A stretch of DNA of 64,000 bases from Eledone cirrhosa (Eukaryota), in contig OZ024741.1 of the NCBI GenBank assembly GCA_964016885.1, positions 378,138,001-378,202,000 on the forward strand, given 5' to 3'. The notes beneath the pieces are model-generated. The model saw only the letters and a program-made list of their open reading frames with translations. It was not told the origin of the DNA and ran no database searches. Below are positions 55,680-64,000 of this stretch, one piece after another. Within the stretch, counting starts at the first letter, position 1, and every line of letters begins with the position of its first letter. The position numbers were made by a program, and so were the translations under genes.

Positions 55680-57000
55680 TCCCTGCTATCACCTACAGTG
55701 TCAATATATTAAACTTGAACGTAAACGAAATTAAGGTAATGGACACCAAAATCAGGTAACGTTTGACCAGTAAGAGAATACATCACACACAACCAGTCGA
55801 TGGCCTCTATATTCGTGGACAAAATGGAAGTAGAGGAATGACCCAGCAATAGCTTTCATACAGGTTATCGAACATTGGAGTTAATCAGTACCTTAAAACC
55901 ACAGAAGATTACTGGATAATGGAAATGGTCGCAGTTCACGAAGGAATGCCGATGTTGCATTCAGTCACAAAGGAAAGTAGGAAATTTGCAGAAGAACAGG
56001 GAATTCAGTTTGAAAATGAAAATGGCGATTCTGTAATTAAAGACGTAAAACATATCGAAGTTTTAGCAACACATGAAGGCCAACTGTGCTTAAAATGGGA
56101 GCAAAAACCACTGCATTGGCAGTATGTTCTCCGTAGCCAAGAACTCGATATAGATCAAGCTCTCACCCATCGGTGGCTACAGAGTTCTGGGTTGGAAGAT
56201 GGTAGTAAAGGCTTCATTTTGACTGCACAATAACAACTCCTCAACACGCGCTATTTTCCAGCCAATGTGATCAGAAATGGAACTGACCAAAGTATCGATT
56301 CGGCGATGAGCATGTTGAGATCATAAACAACCTAGTTTCAGGGTGCACGTTATTAGCTGCCCAGGAATATAAAACGAGGCATGATAGAGTGGGGAATTAT
56401 TTATACTGGTTAATGTGTAGGTTTATGGTGTGGAAACGGATGAAAAATGGTACAACCACCACCCGGATGCAATAAAAGGTGGCGAAAACGCGACAATCTT
56501 CTGGGATGTCCAGAACAATTAAGGGCAACATACCTGATATAATTGTAAAGGACAATAATGAGAAAACATGTTTGTTAATTGACACAAACATTCCACCAAG
56601 TCGTAACATCTCATCGAAAGTTTTCGGAAACCTCAGTATGTATACACATATATTAATTGAAATTGAGAAAATGTGGCATCCTATGGCCTCTACAATAGCA
56701 GTGACGCTCAAGGCACTGGTAAGGATAAAATAGAGTATTGAAATATATTTCTACCGGATATATTGAAAGACATCGCGTCAAGAGATGAATAAAATAGTGC
56801 TGACTGGTACAGATCATATCATAAGAAAGGCATTATCAATTAAACAAATTTGCAAACACATTTTCTGTTTTCTGTGCCCTTGGGGCATAATTTGTGAGAC
56901 AATTGATTGTAAAATGTGTATTATCAAATTTTGTCTTAGGTGACAGTCTAACACTCGGTATGGTCTGGAATGAAGTGGAACTTAAAAGAAGTTTCAAATC
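55680..57000 (+). mobile_element. Decayed R4/Dong-like non-LTR element (C-terminal Zn-finger and PD-(D/E)xK region)
   Basis: KWEQKPLH.QY...D...TH.WL....L....GFI..AQ.Q.LNTR, ET..NLVSGC..LA..EYK.RHD.V...LYW, TIFWD, RTIK.N.PDIIVKD...KTCLLID..IP; followed by (TAA)n. Confidence 0.8.
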
Positions 57001-57025
57001 ATCATAATAACAATTAAAAGATAAA

Positions 57026-57027
<2 letters not shown>

Positions 57028-57068
<41 letters not shown>
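57028..57068. repeat. (TAA)n tract shared by the tails of the Dong-like (+) and Tx1-like (-) elements
   Basis: Read directly from the sequence. Confidence 0.95.
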
Positions 57069-57069
<1 letters not shown>

Positions 57070-57311
57070 TTTTCTTTATTAACCACAAGGGTTCACATAA
57101 AGTAGACATTAAGGACAGTACAGGACAATACAGGACGGTACAAATGGGCATTTCTGCGTGTAAAAAAACAGAGGTTGAAATAAAATAACAAAGAAAAATT
57201 CCCCAATAGGAGGGAGACTTCCAAGGGACATTTGTGGAGAAAGGCCATTAAAAGACCACAGTGGCCCTGACCACCAGGGCAAGTGCCCTCTCCCAGTTTT
57301 CCACCTTTAAT

Positions 57312-60300
57312 TTACAGACACATACTCAGAGAAGGCCCATTCATTCGGGCCATACTTGCTTCTCTCACCCATCTTTCAACAAAATGCTGGGAAGAGAGCA
57401 CTTCCCTCTCTATCCTGATTTTCTTTTTCAAATGAAATTTGAAAAAGTTAATCAGTGCATCACCGAAGAGGTAAGTGCTCGTCTTCAGCCCTTTCAAACG
57501 TGTCCACCATACTAGCTCTTTCGCCATGGCCACCAGACAGATAAAAACTGCCTGCCCTTCCAGGCTAAAGGAAGGGGGCGGGGCAATCCTCACGATGGAC
57601 CCAGCTGATAGCTGGATAGGTCCTACACGTGACAGCAGGTGTTCGACATAAACCCACAAGTCAGCAATGCTCGGACACTGGACGAGTGCGTGCAGGACGG
57701 TTTCGTCGCCCTGCGCGCATCTCGGACATGCCCGGCTGACGGCACCTCCATGCCTGTAGAGTTTATCCCGAACTGGCAAAGCTCCTCGGTAGCACTGCCA
57801 GGCCAGGGATTTCTGGAAGTTGTCCTTAGGCCCCGGCCCGAAAGTCCTTCCGAAGAGATTGGCTAGTTGATTTTCGTCGACGCCTAGAGTTTCTCCAAGT
57901 ACGTCGTCGCTCTTCCCCTCCACTAATCCCCTATAGAACGCTAAGGTGGAGTTTCCACCGATCACATTGCCCGATTGGTCGAGGGCTGTGAGCGCCTGAA
58001 GACATTCCAGTCTCCAAGCGCTCCCTCTCGGTCTTCGCTTGACCCAGAACTGCATCTCCGTCAAGGAGACGAGCTGGGGAAAAACGTGTCATGCAAACGG
58101 CGACCACACCTGATCACCGTCGAGGAAGAGGTGGAGATGTCGTAGCCTGAGCGCGTGTCTGCGCATCATCAGCCACGGCATGCCCAGCCCTCCACGTAGC
58201 GGGTGTTGACAGCAGATGGACCGCCTGACCATAGGAGCGCGTCCCTTCCACAAGAAGCGAAAGAGCAAACGCTCCAGCGCAGTCAGGCGGGGCTTAGGAC
58301 AAGGTACGACGGTCAGGCGGTAGTAGATGACGGATGCGATGTACGCATTCGCCACCTCCGCTCGACCTTTCAGGGATAGCTTCCTCTCGGCCCATTTCTG
58401 GGTGAGAGAAGCCACCCTGCTCGTCACCTCGTCCCAGTTTTTGTCCGTCTGGAAGTCTGGACCGAACCAGACCCCTAGCAATTTAACCGGTCCGTCCGTC
58501 CAGCGCCCGACGACGCTGTTGGACGGCATGGACCTGCCTCTCCAGGTGCCGAGCTGCAGGCCCACTGACTTTTCCTGGTTGATCATTGCTCCTGTCACCG
58601 CTTCGTATTCTCTTAGTGTAGTGCCGATCGCCTCGATGTGTTTGGCGTTCGACACCACTACGGTGACATCGTCGGCATATGCTGACACGGATCTTCCGCA
58701 TCCTAGTTCGCGCGGGACCCCCCTCAACGTCTCCAGTTTGTGCAGTAATGGCTCGAGAGTCAATACGTACAATAGGGACGAGAGGGGACATCCTTGGCGG
58801 ACCGAGCGCATGATGTTGAACGGTTCCGAAAGGTGACCGTTCACTCTCACTACAGAGCAGATGTCGCTGTGCATGGCAGCGATCCAGCCTCTGAAGACGG
58901 GCCCAAAGCCAGCCGCCCTCAGGACTGCCGCTAGGTAACGATGGTCGACCCTATCGAAGGCTTTCGACTGATCAAAATTGATCAAAGACCCACCCGTGCC
59001 AGGTTCCCTAGCTACCCTCTCTACGATGTATCGCATGAGGTGGAGGTTGTCGTGGATGGATCTGTCGGGAATGGCGCATGTCTGTGCCTCTGCCACCAGA
59101 CCACCAACGACAAGCGCCAACCTCTTTGCTAGCACCTTGGCCAAAATCTTGAACTCTGTGTTTATCAGAGTTATGGGCCTAAAATTACCTATGTTATCCC
59201 CCTTGTTCGGATCCTTTCTCAGCAGCGCCACCGCTCCTCGGCTCACAGAGCTGGGAATTCTCCCGTTCTGTTGCCAGTTGCAGTAGACGTCCGCCAAGAG
59301 GCCTCCGAACAAGTTTGGCATTTGTACGTAAAGTTCATAGGGCAGACCATCCAAACCAGGCGATTTACCCCTTGTGCAACTAGTCATTGCATCCCGTACT
59401 TCAGCGGTTGTTATCGGCTTTTCGCAACACTCCGCCTCAGTGGCCGAAAGCCGCGGCAGTCCGTCAAAGTAGACACTAAAGTCCATCCCTCGATCCGGAC
59501 CGCCACTGCCCCCGAACAGTTGAGCGAAGTGTCGCTGAAAAGCTTCACACATTTGCCCGGGATCGAGTAGCATGCGCCCGTCGTGGTCCACCAAAGACCG
59601 GATCGTGGCTTTGTTGCCACTCGGGCCACTCGGGCCCATTGAACGGCTTTCGTCCCCTCGTGTCCGAGAGCACGCACCCTAGCTCTGACAACGCAGCCTT
59701 CGTGCTTTGCATTGGAGAATTGGTCAAGTGCCAATTTCGCCGCAAGTACGTCGGTCGCGATGCCTTTGCTAAGCGCCTCATCTAATTTTCTAACTAATTC
59801 TCCCTCTGCTCTATTTTTCTCTATTGCTAAAGTCTTACTAAACCTAATGGACTCTATTCTAATTGCTCTTTTCAGAGCAAACCACCACTTGTTGTTGACG
59901 ATGGCCCCCGTCAACGCCCGCTTAACTAGTTCGCCTATCCAGTCTCTGTAGGCCTTGCGCGCTAGTAAGGACGCGTTTAGCCTCCAGTAGCCGGGTCCTC
60001 GTCTATGAAGCCTATCTAAGTCAAGCACACAAATCACGAATTTGTGGTCCGTGTAGCTGACTACCTTGAATTGTGGACAGCCTATGCTAGACCTATCTAT
60101 TTCCCTACAAAATACTCTATCTAGATATGATCTGGATGACCCTATGCGATTTGTCCAAGTCCACATTGGTACATTCGGGAAATCCATTCGGTACCTGTCA
60201 GACAGTTCAAAACGTCTGAGCAGGTTGGTGAGACTCTTGCACCCTCCTTCCCTATCCACTAATCCCACACAATCCCAGCGTGCATCTAAGATCCCGTTCC

Positions 60301-60724
60301 AGTCGCCGACTAACACTAAAGAGCGGGACGTTCCAAGAAAAGTCTCCAGACGCCGGAAGAAATCAGGCCGCCCTGCTCCTGTCGGGGCATAGACAGCCAC
60401 TAACCTGAAAGCTTGCCCGTCTCCGCTGGTCACGTCCAGCACCACCAACTTACCTTCTGGGTCCAGGAAGATGGCCCGTATCGCAAGATCCAAACCTCTC
60501 CGAAAAAGCACAGCAACTCCTCCCCCCGATCCCGGACGGCTGGGAGATGCGTACACATCGTAGCCGCCGAAGATCGGTGCGAAAGCCTGTGCTTCGGAGA
60601 TTCTGGTCTCGCTGATGGCCACTACATCTATGTTTAGTAACCTGAGGTCGTTGAGCAGGTGGCCCTGCTTCCATGACGACCCCAAGCCACGCGCATTTAT
60701 GCTGCCTATTCTGAGTGAGGTCAT
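57312..60724 (-). pseudogene. Tx1-like ORF2 (APE endonuclease, RT, C-terminal zinc-binding domain)
   Basis: Motifs SINARGL, SET, VYAP, GDWN, YLDR, TDH; KSPGLDGLP, FRPITLIN, QSKAFDRV, VRQGCPLS, AYADD; CPRC...ETVLH...QC. One frameshift at ~59620 and one in-frame TGA at 58089-58091. Confidence 0.95.
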
Positions 60725-60758
60725 GTTGAAAAGGAGTGGAAAAGATGGGAAAGACCAC

Positions 60759-62760
60759 TTACCTTACTTCTCGTAGGGGAAGGACGGTTTTTCCATCCTT
60801 TTCACTGCTTGTGGCCTCCTCAGGAAGGATGTCCTTATAAATCCTCCTGGAGAGTGCTTGTCGGAAGTCTCCGATGTCTTTGGGGAATTTTTGTTTTAGT
60901 GTCATGTACGTTTTCTGTGTGATGCGAGTGATTTGTATGTGTGGAGGTGGTGTGAATTTTGGGGTTGTTGTGTAGTCTTTTTCTGTGATGCTTGTGTTGT
61001 GTTGGATGTAGTGTAATAATTGCTTGTTGTTCAAATTTAATGCTCTGTAGTGTGTATCGTTTTGGTTGTTTTGTTTTGTTTGCGTTTGTTGTGGGTTTGT
61101 TTCTGTTTCGCATTTTGGTGACTTTTGTGGTGTAGGTGATGGTGGTTCTGGGGTTAATGATGGTGATGGTGTTGGTGTTTGGGTTGATGGGATTGGTGAT
61201 GCTGGTGTGGAAGATGGCATATCTGTCCTAACTTTTTTGTTTCTTAATTTATTTGTTTCCCTCAGTATTTTGTTTTTGGAGGGGGAAGGAAGAGAATTTT
61301 TTCTTTTTTGGTTTCTTTTTTTTTTTCCGGATATCGTTTCCCACTCCTCGTCGTCACAATCTGTCTCCAGTTGTGATAGGCCGGGGAGTGGAAAATCCTC
61401 CACAGCCGTTAGTTTTGGTTGTGGTGTGGTGGATGGTGTAGGCGCTGGTGCTAGTTCTGAAGCGTCGGGTGGTGGTGGTGTTGGTTTTGCTGGTGGTGGT
61501 AGTGGTGTTGGTTTTGCTACTGTTGCTGGGGTTGTTGCTGTTATAGTTGCTTCTCTTGTTGCTGCTACAGTTGTTGCTGCCATCTCTGCTACTGGTGTTG
61601 TTGATGGTTGTGTCACTGGGGTGGGTAGGAGAGGTGGCCATAACCTTTTAGCCTGAGGGCAGAAAGCCCTTAGGTGGGTTCCTTCACCACAAACAACACA
61701 CCTAGGTCTTCTGCCCTCGACAATTACCGTGAGGTGGCTGCCGTCAGTGAGGTCTATTACCTCTGGGATCTCCTCAATGCTTTTTTGGTCCGCTTGGATC
61801 AGGAGCTCCATCCCAGATCCGGACCAGTTTTCCTGCATTTCTTTTGCTATTGCTATTATTTTCGTGTTGGCTTCGATGCCGGCGTGGACAGCCGCTATTA
61901 GCCAGGGAATTTCGATGGCCGGTGGAACGTGGGTCACCCTGATCTTTACGAGTCTCTGGCCACAATAGCTTGGGACGAGTGTGAAGTCGTCACTTTTTAA
62001 TGGGGCCATGGAGTGTTCTCTAGCCTCCTCTGGTGTTTCAAAGAACACATCCACGGTTCCATACTTTTGCCCACGTCTGCTGTGGGTTTTTCTTGCCCAC
62101 ACATGTCCCAAAGCTTTTTGGATTTGGGACTCGGATGCCCGTTCCACTCGGCGCGATTTTACATTTATTGTTCTATACGACACGGTGCATAGGCGCCGAT
62201 GCTCCATTTTATTAGGTGGGGTGGGGTGGGGGGCTGACCCTGTACCCATCTTTATTTACCATTTGTTTGGCATTTTCTAAATCCTCCTGAGTTACCGTGA
62301 ATGCTTCGAACTGTTTTGCTACTATGGCGAAACTGAGGGTCGGTTTTATAATGACATTGTTGTTGTTGTTGTTGCTATCGTTATTTGTGTTAATATTAAT
62401 TTTAGTTTCAGTTGTGGTGGTGGTGACGTCAGTCGTCTTTGGTGCGGAAGAGTCCATTTTGCTTGATTTCATTTCGACATCACGAGTTAATTTATTTTTT
62501 TCTTCTTTTGTTTCTGTTGTCGCGGTGGTGGTGGGGGTGGGGGTTGTCGCGGTGGTGGTGGGGTGGAGGCTTTAACACCTGCAGTCATTGGTAATGGCGG
62601 GAAATGAATGTCTGCCTGAGACAAATTTAAAATATTGCTACTGCTTATATTTTTTTTTTGTGTTGGCAAACGTAGTAACATTTACAATGGTGGTTTCGGT
62701 GTAAGGTGTTAATTTGTGAGGAAGGCTTTCAGCTGTTTGGTGCAGAGGTGAATTAGCCAT
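60759..62760 (-). pseudogene. Tx1-like ORF1 (nucleic-acid-binding, CCHC zinc knuckle); N-terminus broken by homopolymer frameshifts
   Basis: 496-aa open stretch at 60759-62249 with CVVCGEGTHLRAFC. Upstream frames 62212-62472 (SFAIVAK) and 62487-62681, and an ATG at 62760, probably belong to the same ORF. Confidence 0.8.
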
Positions 62761-64000
62761 TTTTTTCAAATAAATTTTTTTTGATAATAATAAAAGTTTA
62801 AATTTTGGGCACAAGGCCCCAATCTTTTTGGGTGTCCTTTTCGGAAAACAATGAATGGGCGCTTATAAACAGTTAACAATAAAATTTTCCATAAATGACA
62901 ATTTTTAACAAACGGAAATAACAAACCTTTGCGGAGCTCACGATGATACGATTTACTACGTAGGTCGCCAATAATAATAATAATAATAATAATAAGAAGA
63001 AGAAGAAGAAGGGAAGAAGACGCATGAGGTGACGGAGGTCATGAAATCGCTCCCGTAAGTTTTGAATTTTTAACATATGTAAATCATTTGTGAAATAACA
63101 ACTCTTAGTACAAATGCTACGTAAAACACCCGGCTTGAGCCCCAAAAAATTCGGACCCAAAATATATTGTTATAAGGCTCAAATATTCAAATATTCAACT
63201 TTGTATTGTACACTGTATATCCAACAAGGAAAATGGCTATAAATGGACGAAGAAACCCCCCCCCCTCCTCTACTCTGTCTACACTATATAGAACAGCCAA
63301 ACTCACCAACACCAGAAACTAGATACACCACCCACCCCATCACCTGGGTACACTAAACACAACAGCCAGATAACGGCATTTTCACCACCACCGCTCACTA
63401 CGGCCATCATTACCACCATTATCCCATCACCGCCGCCACCACCCCTTCACTCCTTCACTGCTACCACCGCTACAGCACCATCACTACAGTAATACGGTCA
63501 CATCACCGCCACCACTGCCTCGGTATCTACATCACCACCACCACTGTCTCAGTATCGCTACCGCCGCCAGTCTCCCACCTCTGCTAGCTGGCTGCTGCCA
63601 CCACATTATAGAATCCCTACTGCTAAAAAAGAGGAAGGCATCAAAATATATAGATAGACTCAAAAGAAAAAAGAAAAAACAAACAACAAAACCAAAGCAG
63701 CACAGCAACAACAGCAAAAAACGAGAAAAACAAACAGAGAAAAACAAAAAACAACCCCCCCCCCCCATAAACGTAAAGAAAATAAGAATGAAGAGAGAAG
63801 CAGGCGGACGGACAGAGAAGAGGGGGGGAAAACTAAAACTTAAAAAACAAAAACTAAGTCAGACATTCGAACACTACATTACAATGAAACTTATGCTTAT
63901 TCATTTTTGGGGCCCTTTCTGCCTGTGTGTTTGTTTGTTTATGTGTGTTCGTATACAGCGTGGTGATAATGCCACACAAGGGCCAAGTGGAATGGCGGAT

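Larger units (their letters stand above)
57068..62760 (-). mobile_element. Near full-length Tx1/L1-clade LINE
   Basis: ORF1 with a CCHC knuckle and ORF2 with APE-RT-Zn; 3' AATAAA followed by a (TTA)n tail. Confidence 0.94.

Noticed and set aside
58089-58091. In-frame TGA in Tx1 ORF2 (and the TGA in PLE4 at ~43053) as selenocysteine
   Set aside because: The aligned Tx1 position is Arg in the older copy and neither site is a conserved Cys. No SECIS was recognised, and selenoprotein PLEs are N-terminal-EN Naiads, which these are not.
60755-60766. Consensus splice donor AAG|GTAAGT overlapping the Tx1 ORF1 stop
   Set aside because: There is no acceptor AG in the 34-nt spacer before the ORF2 ATG, and it is not conserved in the older copy.
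58327-61656. Long plus-strand ORFs over the Tx1 element (and antisense ORFs over the PLEs)
   Set aside because: They are antisense shadows of the real coding frames.
63230-63780. Thr/Pro-rich plus-strand stretch resembling a LINE ORF1 start
   Set aside because: Low complexity, no diagnostic motif, and close to the window edge.

Overview
AT-rich eukaryotic DNA dominated by retroelements and (TA)n/(CA)n/(CT)n microsatellites. The tRNA-derived SINE family resembles octopod cephalopod SINEs, but the organism is an inference. No intact host gene is recognisable. Main find: bases 1-4131 are a tandem array of ~636-bp units, and every complete unit carries a well-formed type I hammerhead ribozyme (stem I GCTCTG/CAGAGC, CUGANGA, GAAA, stem III TAGTCT/AGACTA, AUA cleavage triplet). 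This is an unusually large retrozyme-like (circRNA-producing) array with a 108-codon ORF lying antisense across the ribozyme. It sits beside at least four families of Penelope-like elements (PLEs; three Nematis-like, one Neptune-like) with tandem or inverted pseudo-LTRs, plus several solo pLTR hammerheads, nearly all anchored in (TA)n. The window also has RTE remnants (one with a 5' inversion), two Tx1/L1-like LINEs (one nearly intact), two R4/Dong-like 3' fragments at (TAA)n, and about 8 SINE copies whose 3' tail matches the Tx1 3' end. Clade names come from recalled motifs, not database searches.
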